Source of the DNA: Burkholderiales bacterium
GTDB lineage: Bacteria; Pseudomonadota; Gammaproteobacteria; Burkholderiales; JBOIGA01
DNA length: 48,012 bases
Assembly (NCBI GenBank): GCA_050741875.1
Contig: JBOIGA010000002.1
Coordinates: forward strand, 1-48,012
Reading direction: 5' to 3'
Positions 1-8,119 of the stretch are shown here, piece by piece. Under the pieces are notes generated by a model. That model saw only the letters and a program-made list of their open reading frames with translations, was not told where the DNA came from and did no database searches. The position numbers were made by a program, and so were the translations under genes. The stretch's first letter is position 1, and each line of letters begins with the position of its first letter.

Positions 1-645
1 TGCGGGTACTCTTGCCATCGGGATGCTCCTCTCCGGTTGATCGATTCGAACGCTGCCAAACGTTCAAACCGAAGGATGCATCCCATCTCAAATTTCCAGC
101 AAGTCTAAGACATCACCCCCAAAAAATGGACTTCGAGGAAACCCTTCCAGTGCATCTCCCGCTTTTTCCCACGAGCGACGGAGACGATGAAACCTTAAGC
201 GATCGCCAGACGCTCTTTGCCGAATACGTGGATATGGCGAAGCTTCTACCGAAAGAAGACTAGCGTTTGGTTTTTCGTCGGTCCCGTCGTTCGGATCCGG
301 TGGCGCCGAGAGACTTGTGACGGTGAACCCCTAGAACATCGTCACCAAAATAGCCCGCCCTGAATCCTCGCGCGAAATCATTGCTTGCCCAGAGCAGTGT
401 TTTTGAAACCGGGATCCTCTGATTCCGAAAGAATTTTCCTTCGAGGAACCCCGGGATGTAGGTGAGGCTGGACGATTTCTGCTCCAGCGGTAATTGCGTT
501 CGATGCTTCATTGCCTGTTCTCTTGCGAATCACCGTGCAAATTGCGGGCCATAGTTGGGGGGATGAAGAACGAAAACTTTCTCGGGTTGCCTTACTTCTT
601 ACTGGAGAATTTTTGCTTTTCTCATCAGTAAGAAGGAGAGACACC

Positions 646-921
646 ATGAAGAAACAACGCAAAGTCGTGAGTGGTACGAACTATCAGACTGCTGGTCAGC
701 CGTACGAATCCGTGCCGAAGAAAAAGGGCGCGATTCTTACCGACGTTAAAGCAACCGATCACGAACACGATCGCGCTACGACCGAGGTCGCGCCATCACG
801 TCGCGATCAAGCCGACCCCGCAAGACGCAAATTGCGCCCGATGTGGGTGGTCATTCCGCTTGTTGTCATAGCGGTCTTGATGGCGGTGATTTGGGGCGGA
901 GCGTACCTAATCGGAAACTAG
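646..921 (+). CDS. small tail-anchored membrane protein, hypothetical (91 aa)
   Basis: ATG at 646 lies 5 nt after the SD AGAAGGAGAG. C-terminal hydrophobic helix WVVIPLVVIAVLMAVIWGGAYLI. No family recognised. Confidence 0.5.
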   Translation: MKKQRKVVSGTNYQTAGQPYESVPKKKGAILTDVKATDHEHDRATTEVAPSRRDQADPARRKLRPMWVVIPLVVIAVLMAVIWGGAYLIGN

Positions 922-1164
922 GCTTGCCAAGTCGAATCGCCGCCGCGATCCATCCCCAGAACGCAAGCGGCGCCGGCGGAGATAACCAGAAGCGGCGCGA
1001 GAAAAATGCCCGACGCCGGAACGAACGACGAGATCAGACGCCATGTAACTCGACAGATATTTTTTCGTGCAAGCGTCGGCTGACGCGAGACCGAATGCGC
1101 AGAGCGGCGTGATGGAAACAATGCATCGGTCGGCCGATGTCAGCATCGGCTTCATTTCAGTCTC

Positions 1165-1292
1165 AGGACTAAGGACTAAGGACTAAGAAAGAACAGAGGG
1201 GTGAATTTGCTTGTCTTATCTCATTCCTCAGTCCAGGGACCTCAGTCCTTTTGGTTTTTTTAACTCAGTCCTCAGCCCTAAAACCTCAGTCC
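1165..1292. repeat. 7-nt-period inverted arrays: (AGGACTA)x3 ... CCTCAGTCC, CTCAGTCC, ACTCAGTCCTCAGCCC, CCTCAGTCC, with internal T-run
   Basis: Read directly. Immediately 3' of the EF-hand gene stop at 1294..1296. TTTTGGTTTTTTTT follows the second right-arm unit. Confidence 0.9.
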
Positions 1293-1293
1293 T

Positions 1294-1815
1294 TTACTCA
1301 AATTTACGAAACGGCGGCGGCGAAGGTGCTGCACGCCCGGCCGCGCCCGGGCTTACGAGCGCACCACTCCATTCTTTCTGCGACAATCTGCCATCACCAT
1401 CGACGTCGAGACGGGTGAAAGTCTGATTATCGAGCAGAAGAGCTTCGCCGCGAGTGACAAAGCCGTCGGCATTCAAGTCCATGGACCGCCATTCGTCCCT
1501 GCCTGCCCGGTTGAAGCCTTGTTTGTTCGCCATCGAGGACACCGCGTCCCACTCTTTGCGTGAGATCTCTCCATCTGCGTTCAAATCCGCGTATGTCCAA
1601 GACCCCGGATCCATCGTCCGAGCTTCACGTTTGGTAACGAATCCGTTCTTGTTGACGTCTAGACGCTGCCACTCCCGTTCGCTGAAATAGGACGCTGCTG
1701 GCACAGGCGCCACTCCGCCGTCTTTCGAATACTCGGGAACAATCAAGTCGCCGCCGAAGGCCGGACTCCAACTCGCAACGAAGAGGGTCGCGGCGAAAAT
1801 TCGCGCAAGCTTCAT
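1294..1815 (-). CDS. secreted multi-EF-hand calcium-binding protein
   Basis: Signal peptide MKLARIFAATLFVASWSPAFG. Four canonical 12-residue EF loops (DVNKNGFVTKRE, DLNADGEISRKE, DLNADGFVTRGE, DVDGDGRLSQKE). SD AAAGGAGG upstream. Confidence 0.85.
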   Translation of the reverse strand: MKLARIFAATLFVASWSPAFGGDLIVPEYSKDGGVAPVPAASYFSEREWQRLDVNKNGFVTKREARTMDPGSWTYADLNADGEISRKEWDAVSSMANKQGFNRAGRDEWRSMDLNADGFVTRGEALLLDNQTFTRLDVDGDGRLSQKEWSGALVSPGAAGRAAPSPPPFRKFE

Positions 1816-1882
1816 CTTTTCCTCCTTTGCAATTGGCTGGCGCCAGAGTTACCGGTAGCGCCAACCATTTTCCACAGCCCTG

Positions 1883-2251
1883 CTATTTACCGGGACGCCC
1901 AGCGGCCCCGTGATAAGCGTTCCATTCTGTTTGCGAAATACGACCATCGGCATCGGCATCGAGTTTGGTCCAATCTATGGGCTTGCCATCTTTCGACTTG
2001 TAACCCATGGCCTGCTCCTTAGTCATGTAACCGCCCCGGGCATTTTCGGTCCAGAATGCTCCCGCGTTGGCGTCACCCGCGCTGCTACCCGCGGGCTGAC
2101 CTCTTTGCGGAGTGGGTGAATCGGTTGTCGCTTTGTCGCCGGTCGCCGCCGGTTTGGCCGCGCTCTCGTCATCGCTACTAAACGGGTTCGACTCACAGCT
2201 TGCCAAAGCGAAGATGGAAGTCAGAGTCAATGCAAGTGCTATTTTCTTCAT
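1883..2251 (-). CDS. lipoprotein with a single C-terminal EF-hand (paralogue of 3048..3461)
   Basis: Internal ATG at 2251 follows SD AGGAG. Lipobox LASC. Loop DADADGRISQTE. Shares the module AGAFWTENARGG.MTKEQAMGYKS.DGKP.D..KLDAD.DG..SQ.EW..YH. Confidence 0.8.
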   Translation of the reverse strand: MKKIALALTLTSIFALASCESNPFSSDDESAAKPAATGDKATTDSPTPQRGQPAGSSAGDANAGAFWTENARGGYMTKEQAMGYKSKDGKPIDWTKLDADADGRISQTEWNAYHGAAGRPGK

Positions 2252-2358
2252 GAAAGTCTCCTGTTCATCGTGCCATCGTCTTTTGTTGCGGTTGGACCCA
2301 GGAACACTTTTCTCGATTGCTGCCGCGTCCGCCGCTTGCCACACATGTCGCGTCTTAC

Positions 2359-2979
2359 TTACCGACTGATTCGCCCGGGTGCTTCCGGGAAGCCCGGCCG
2401 CCCACCGGCGCCGAAATCACGGCTCCCCGGTATCGAGCCAGGCGAGTGATAGGTACTCCACTCGGATTGTGAAACACGCCCGTCGAGATCGGTGTCGAGC
2501 CGGTTCCAATCCACTGCATTGCGATTCGTTCCTCTGAATCCGAGCGCCTGCTCGCGCGTGAGGAATCCTTCTCTGGAATTTTGCATCCAGAAGTCGCTCG
2601 CGAGTGGATCCAGCTGAGAAGGTGGGATTGCCGTGCCCGCCGGAGGCACCGCGTTCGGCGAACCGATTTGTCCTGCGGGGGGAACGGCTCCCGGAGTTCC
2701 AACGCCGCCCGGAACTTGCGTACCGCGCTGACCGGTAGCGCCTTCGACCTCGGATCTTCCGGTCGCGCCGATGCCTTCGACTCCGCCACCGATGGCGCCT
2801 TCCCCGGTCGTGCCCACACCCGCGCCACCTCCTACTCCGCCGGCACCTGTTCTAGTACCGCTCGCACCTGTTCCCGCGCTTCCCGCGCCAGCGCCTCCTG
2901 TTCCACCGCCGCCACCGGCGATCACAGTCGAAGCGGCGAAAGCAAACAGAACCGCCATCGCCGTTTGTTTCATTTTCAT
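2359..2979 (-). CDS. secreted Gly-rich protein with a C-terminal EF-hand module
   Basis: Signal peptide, about 90 aa of G/A/T low complexity, then FWMQNSREGFLTREQALGF...LDTDLDGRVSQSEWSTYH. SD GAGGAG upstream. Confidence 0.75.
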   Translation of the reverse strand: MKMKQTAMAVLFAFAASTVIAGGGGGTGGAGAGSAGTGASGTRTGAGGVGGGAGVGTTGEGAIGGGVEGIGATGRSEVEGATGQRGTQVPGGVGTPGAVPPAGQIGSPNAVPPAGTAIPPSQLDPLASDFWMQNSREGFLTREQALGFRGTNRNAVDWNRLDTDLDGRVSQSEWSTYHSPGSIPGSRDFGAGGRPGFPEAPGRISR

Positions 2980-3047
2980 GATGTTCTCCTCATTGAAGCG
3001 GGGAGCCTCGCCGACTGGCGCGATTTGCGCCAGCCGTTTTGAAATGC

Positions 3048-3461
3048 TTACTTGGTTGAGGGTTTGGGTTCAGGCGCCGCCGTTGGTCCAGCCGCACCGG
3101 CTTCTTCCGGACCACCTTCTTTTTGCGCGAAGGCAGCGTGGTAGTTGGTCCATTCTGATTGCGAAACCTTACCATCGCCATCGGCATCGAGTTTCTTGAA
3201 GTCAACAGGCTTGCCGTCGGCGCTCTTGTACCCCATCGCCTGCTCTTTGGTCATGTGTCCGCCGCGCGCATTCTCGGTCCAGAACGCACCCGCGTTGCTG
3301 TCACCCGCGCTGCTGCCCGAGGGTTGTCCTTGTTGCGGAGTCGGGCTGCTGGTGGTGGCTTTATCGCCGGTCGCGCTGGGTTGCACTTTTTTTGCATCGT
3401 CTCCTGCGAAAGCCAAAGTCGTACCCAATGCCAACGCGATTGCTGCTGCGATTTTTTTCAT
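3048..3461 (-). CDS. secreted single-EF-hand protein (paralogue of 1883..2251)
   Basis: Signal peptide MKKIAAAIALALGTTLAFA. Loop DADGDGKVSQSE. SD AAAGGAG upstream. Confidence 0.8.
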   Translation of the reverse strand: MKKIAAAIALALGTTLAFAGDDAKKVQPSATGDKATTSSPTPQQGQPSGSSAGDSNAGAFWTENARGGHMTKEQAMGYKSADGKPVDFKKLDADGDGKVSQSEWTNYHAAFAQKEGGPEEAGAAGPTAAPEPKPSTK

Positions 3462-3671
3462 CTCTACACTCCTTTGATATTTTTGCTGGCAAAAGCGCCA
3501 GTTGACTTGTAAGGGAGCAATCGCCGTGCCACGGTGAATTTTTCCTAGAGGATCAATCTCCCTCTGAGCGCGCGCGGTGGATTCCTGTTGGGGCTTCCCA
3601 ACAGTAAAACTTACAAAGGGGATAAGCCAAAACTACTTTGGGATTTCTCTTGTCGCCCTCTGGCGACAGTC

Positions 3672-4589
3672 TCACTTGAGGGGGAATTTGAAACAGACGC
3701 GGTGGTTTGAATCCGCGTAGAAATCGCCGCCGTGGTCGCGCGTAATCACAGCCGCGACTTCGAGGTCAATCTCATGATCGAGCACGGAACTGGAAGGAGG
3801 CGTTTCCCCGCCGCTTACCGTAATCCGCGCCCAGCGCTCCTCGGTCGTGAGCTTGGCTTCGATTTCCGCGCCCTCCTCGGAAGTTTCCAGCGCGTTCAAG
3901 AGCACCGTCGCAAGCGCGTGTTCGATGTCCTTGCGGCGCCCGTTGATCATCACGCCTTCGGCGGCGTTGACTTTGATATGGACCTCGCGCACCGCCGCTT
4001 CGATTCGCATGTTCGCGCAGACTTGCTGGATCAGTGCGCGCAATTCGAATTCGCTCGTCTCGGCTACTGGACGTAAATCGGCAAGCGTTGCTTCGATCGC
4101 GGAATTGAACCTCGTTATGTCTTTGCCGATCGCTTCGAGATATTGTTGCGCTCGCGTCTCCTGGGCCAAGAATCTGCGCAGGACGTCGAGGGTCAGCGTG
4201 ATCGAATGCATCGGGCCTTTCAAGCCGTGCAGAAGAGTTCCCGACATGCGCTCTTTCGCGCGCATCAGCGACGCGGCTTTCATGCATTTTCTCAGTGTAG
4301 AGAGTGCGGCGACATCGTGCGCGACAATCACCCAATCGCCCGCCCCCGGCGCGATCTGCAGATGTACGCCGCGCGCATCGAGCTTGATCGTGCGTTCTTG
4401 GGGTGCACCGCTGGCGAGCGCGGCGTCAAGCTCGTGTTGCGATGTGGCAAGGATCGAATGGAGCTCGGCCTGGTTGCGCGAATCAAAAAGCTCGAGCGCG
4501 GCGGCATTGGCAAAGACGACGCGCTTCTCTGCATCGAGAACGATAACGCCGGTCTTGATCCAGGGAGTCGCGAGGGGGTCTGCTCTCAA
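3672..4589 (-). CDS. PAS-containing histidine-kinase-like protein with degenerate ATP-binding boxes
   Basis: PAS-like VIVLDAEKRVVFANAAALELF. H-box-like LLHGLKGPMHSI. N-box-like LLNALE. G1/G2 boxes not recognisable. Proposed TTG start at 4589 overlaps the upstream TGA (TTGA). The ORF is open up to 4802, so the start is uncertain. Confidence 0.65.
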   Translation of the reverse strand: MRADPLATPWIKTGVIVLDAEKRVVFANAAALELFDSRNQAELHSILATSQHELDAALASGAPQERTIKLDARGVHLQIAPGAGDWVIVAHDVAALSTLRKCMKAASLMRAKERMSGTLLHGLKGPMHSITLTLDVLRRFLAQETRAQQYLEAIGKDITRFNSAIEATLADLRPVAETSEFELRALIQQVCANMRIEAAVREVHIKVNAAEGVMINGRRKDIEHALATVLLNALETSEEGAEIEAKLTTEERWARITVSGGETPPSSSVLDHEIDLEVAAVITRDHGGDFYADSNHRVCFKFPLK

Positions 4590-7500
4590 GTTGGCAGCGC
4601 CGCGAAGAGTTGTTCGAGCGCTTCCGCGCCGATCGGTTTGCACAGGTGGCGATCGAAACCGGCGTCGAGCGCGTGTTTTTTGTTGTGCTCGCCGCCATAA
4701 CCGGTGACGGCGACGAGATACGCCATTCGCGTCTCCAAGCTTTCCCGCATCGCTTTCGCGACCGAGAAACCGGAAAGCTCTCCAGGAAGCCCGAGATCGC
4801 AAAGAACCACGTCGGGTTTGAAGTCGCGCGCCAGCGCAAGCCCTTGCGCGCCGTCATAAGCGACGCGGCCCTCGTGGCCGAGAAGCTCGAGCAACACTTC
4901 CAGAGTATCAGCGGCGTCGCGGTTGTCCTCGATGACGAGCACTTGCAGACGGCGCCTGGCCGCGGCGGAGTCCGATCGCGGCGCGGGTTCGACGCGCTCA
5001 TGGATAAGCGGCAGGCGCACAGTGAACTGCGCACCGTGGCCGAGTCCCTCGCTTGCGGCGGAAACGCTGCCATCGTGCAGCTCGATGATGCCTTTGACAA
5101 CCGCGAGGCCGAGGCCCAAACCGCCGCGGCTCCTAACCAAACTGCGGTCGGCCTGCGAAAAAGCCTTGAACAGATTTTTCAGAACATGCGGCTCGATCCC
5201 GACGCCGTTGTCGGCGACGCTCAAGACCGCCTCGCCGTTCTCTTCGCGCAGAGAGACGCTGATCGTCCCGCCGGGGTCGGTGAAGGAGACGGCGTTGCGC
5301 AAAAGGTTGATAAGCGCCTGCGAAATGCGCACCGGATCACCGCTGATCCAGACTGGGCTCGCCGGCGCGCTCAAGTTCAGTTGCAGTGACTTGGCGTTGA
5401 ATGAATCCTGGTAGTCCTCAACCGTATCGCGCACCACCTGCGCAAGATCGGTGTCGTCGCGATCGATCGGGATCTTGCCTTGCGAAATCCGCGACACGTC
5501 GAGAAGGTCGTCAATCAACTTACCCATGTGCCGCACCTGCCGCACCATCGTTTCGCGCGTTCTTTGCACCTGCTCACGCGAGAAATCCGAGCGCTGCAAA
5601 ATGTCGAGGCAGTTGCGGATGGGCGCCAGCGGATTGCGCAGCTCGTGGCCGAGGATCGCGAGAAAGTCGTCCTTGCGCTTGATTTCGTCCTGCAATGCAC
5701 TCTCGGCTTGCGCGCGCACGGCGATTTCCTGCTGCGCCGCCGAGTACAGCCGCGCGTTTTCCATGACCAGCGCGCAACGGCGCGCCAGCTCCTCGAGCAT
5801 CGGCAAGTCGGCTTGGGAGAAATGGTAATGCGATTCGCCCGAGACCAGCGTCATGATCGCGAGCGTCTTGCCGCGCAAAGTAAGCGGAACCATGATCGCC
5901 GAGCGGATATAGAGCCGCCGCAGCATGTCGAGATGGTCGTCATTTTCCGCCGCGAGCTTGAGCAGGTCTTCGCCGACGTTCTCATAGATGATTGGGCATC
6001 CCGTGCGTGCGACCAGCGGTACGCCCACCGGCGAATCGGGTTTGAGCGGATGCTTGTTTCGCATCTCACGGATGAGTTGGTTCTTCTCGGGATGCCAGTG
6101 TAAAGAGGCAATAAGGTCGAGCGTGCCGTCATCTCTGAGGGCGTCGACCACGCACCAGTCGGCAATCGACGGAACGATAAGATGAGTGACTTTGCTTAAC
6201 GCCTGCTCATAGTCGAGCGATCCCGACAAAAGCGAATTCGCCTCGGCAAGAAATTCGGTAACGCGCTCCGCGCGATGCCGCTCGGAAACGTCCTGCACGA
6301 TGGCGACGAGGCCTTGCACTTCCCCTTGTGGATCGCGGTGCGGAACATAAGTCGTCTGCACATAGCGGCCATGGTCGGGATAGGGCACAAAATCCTCGAA
6401 CGTGACTTCGTTCCCGGCAAGCGCCGATTCAAGTCTCGGCGCGAGTTTGCCGTAAGCCTCCTCGCCGATGACGTCACGCACACGTCTCCCGGAGATTTCG
6501 TCTACGCCAAACCACAGGTGACAAGTATGGTTGCTGAAACGATAGCAGTGGTCGCGCCCAACGTAAGCGATCAGCATGGGCGCATGGTCGGTGACAACGC
6601 GAAGCAAGAGCTCGCGCTCTTCGCGAATCCTCCGCGAGCGCAGGCGTTCCATCTCGGCGCCAGCGCGCCCGACAAAGATCTCGAGAATCTCCTCGGTTCG
6701 CCGGTTTGGCTTGAGCGGCTCATCGTGAATGATTGCCAGAAGACCGATGGCGTCTCCGTTGGCCGCGTGCAAAGGCTTGCCGACGTAGCTTTCCACCTCA
6801 AGGCGTTCGAGCAGCGGCTGATTGGGAAAATGCTTGCGCACCCCTTCGGCGTAGAAGCATAAATCCTTTTCGAGCGCTTCCTCGCACGGAAGTCCTTCGA
6901 GAGCGTATTCGAAATTTGCCGCGGGCTTTCCGCGATCGCAGACCGCCAGCGTCGCGACGATTCCGGGTGAGTGCGGCTTCAATTCGCCGACGATGACATA
7001 ACGGGCGTCGAAAACCCTGGCAATGGCCTGAGCAAGGCTCTCGAAAAACTGCGCGCCGGTCGCTTTGGCGGCCTCGATCAAAAGATCGCGCGCTTCCTCC
7101 TCGATATGCCTCTCGGTCACATCGCGCGATACGGCCAACAGCGATTCCGGTTTGCCGGCCGCATCGAGAATGGGCGTGACAGTGTTGTCCCACCATTTGG
7201 GCGTGCCGGTTACTGTCGGACAAAATCCCGTAAAGCTTCCTGCCTCGCCCGAGCGCGCCGCGGTGATTGCGGCTTTCGCCAGTTCGCGCCATTCGCTCCA
7301 AAGCTCGGCCCAAGGCGCGTTGACGAAAGGGCTAAGATCACAGATGTTGAGCGCTTTCTGCCCGGGAGCGCTCATGCTCAAAAGCCTGCCCTCGAGATCG
7401 AGCAATTTGATGCAATCGGAAGACGACTCGATCATTCGGCGGGCGAGCTCTTCGCCTCGACGCGCGGCCTGGTCCGCGCGCTTACCCGCCGTCAGCTCAA

Positions 7501-7876
7501 GCGTCACCGCGATCGCGTATTGCGGAGCGCCAGCAGAGGTGCGAATCAGGGACACGTTGTTTCTCACCCAAACGATCTCGCCATCGGGTCTCAGATAGCG
7601 TTTCTCAATGACGAAGTTTTCTCCCGTGGAGATCATGCGCTGAAAAAGCTCGATGCTGCCGGGCAGATCGTCGGGATAGGTGATGTCCTGCATGCGCAAA
7701 GCAAGCAGTTCTTCTTGCGAGCGCCCGACGATTTGACAGAAGCAGGGATTGACGAGCACGAAACGGCCGGAGAGATCGGTTTCGGCGATTCCTGCGCTGG
7801 TCTGATTGAAAATCGCGGCAAAGCGCGCGTCAGAGTCGTAAGCCGGAAGCAGTTTTCGCAGGGATTCGAGGGCCAT
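4586..7876 (-). CDS. hybrid sensor histidine kinase (PAS-PAS-GAF-PAS-GAF-HisKA-HATPase-REC)
   Basis: H box FLAILGHELRNPLAPI. HATPase boxes LLRNAVSF, DNGVGI, GGLGLGLAVVKG. C-terminal receiver VLVIEDN...DVVLCDLGLPG...CKP. Confidence 0.9.
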   Translation of the reverse strand: MALESLRKLLPAYDSDARFAAIFNQTSAGIAETDLSGRFVLVNPCFCQIVGRSQEELLALRMQDITYPDDLPGSIELFQRMISTGENFVIEKRYLRPDGEIVWVRNNVSLIRTSAGAPQYAIAVTLELTAGKRADQAARRGEELARRMIESSSDCIKLLDLEGRLLSMSAPGQKALNICDLSPFVNAPWAELWSEWRELAKAAITAARSGEAGSFTGFCPTVTGTPKWWDNTVTPILDAAGKPESLLAVSRDVTERHIEEEARDLLIEAAKATGAQFFESLAQAIARVFDARYVIVGELKPHSPGIVATLAVCDRGKPAANFEYALEGLPCEEALEKDLCFYAEGVRKHFPNQPLLERLEVESYVGKPLHAANGDAIGLLAIIHDEPLKPNRRTEEILEIFVGRAGAEMERLRSRRIREERELLLRVVTDHAPMLIAYVGRDHCYRFSNHTCHLWFGVDEISGRRVRDVIGEEAYGKLAPRLESALAGNEVTFEDFVPYPDHGRYVQTTYVPHRDPQGEVQGLVAIVQDVSERHRAERVTEFLAEANSLLSGSLDYEQALSKVTHLIVPSIADWCVVDALRDDGTLDLIASLHWHPEKNQLIREMRNKHPLKPDSPVGVPLVARTGCPIIYENVGEDLLKLAAENDDHLDMLRRLYIRSAIMVPLTLRGKTLAIMTLVSGESHYHFSQADLPMLEELARRCALVMENARLYSAAQQEIAVRAQAESALQDEIKRKDDFLAILGHELRNPLAPIRNCLDILQRSDFSREQVQRTRETMVRQVRHMGKLIDDLLDVSRISQGKIPIDRDDTDLAQVVRDTVEDYQDSFNAKSLQLNLSAPASPVWISGDPVRISQALINLLRNAVSFTDPGGTISVSLREENGEAVLSVADNGVGIEPHVLKNLFKAFSQADRSLVRSRGGLGLGLAVVKGIIELHDGSVSAASEGLGHGAQFTVRLPLIHERVEPAPRSDSAAARRRLQVLVIEDNRDAADTLEVLLELLGHEGRVAYDGAQGLALARDFKPDVVLCDLGLPGELSGFSVAKAMRESLETRMAYLVAVTGYGGEHNKKHALDAGFDRHLCKPIGAEALEQLFAALPT

Positions 7877-7886
7877 TTATCAAAAA

Positions 7887-7993
7887 AGGACTGAGCTTAG
7901 GGAAGGACTAAGGACTGAGGACTAAGGACTTAGTAAAAAGCAGAAGGCGAATCGGGTTTTTTCACTCAGTCCTCAGTCCTAGGCCCTCAGTCC
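7887..7993. repeat. 7-nt-period inverted arrays of the same GGACTRA family: AGGACTG..AGGACTA AGGACTG AGGACTA AGGACTT / CACTCAGTCCTCAGTCCTAGGCCCTCAGTCC
   Basis: Read directly. On the minus strand the hairpin ends in TTTTTTG, 10 nt before the hybrid kinase ATG (7876). Confidence 0.9.
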
Positions 7994-8119
7994 TTTTTAG
8001 CATTCTAACTCAACAGAAAAATCGAACATTCGTCCACTCCACGATCGCGTCCGGCGTCAGGTACGCGGAAAAAATCATCGCAAGGAGCGCGACGAGGACA
8101 AGCACGACGAAAGTTGGTT

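Noticed and set aside
12-263. 83-aa plus-strand ORF at the window start.
   Set aside because: No SD, no recognisable domain, atypically low GC and a mixed codon pattern. There is not enough evidence to call it a gene.
918-1121. 67-aa minus-strand ORF with one hydrophobic segment. It converges on the 646..921 gene, with the two stops overlapping in CTAG.
   Set aside because: It competes with two other overlapping ORFs (843..1112 +, 907..1155 -). No SD or homology is recognisable. It is left uncalled.
3020-3040. CTGGCGC/GCGCCAG motifs at about 1838-1850, 3020-3040 and 3493-3508 as further sigma54 promoters for the EF-hand genes.
   Set aside because: GG-to-GC spacing is wrong by 2-3 nt at 1838 and 3493. 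At 3020-3040 the -12 region reads GCGCC rather than TTGC, and the bases form a simple 7-bp palindrome hairpin just after the upstream stop. That makes a terminator-like stem more likely.
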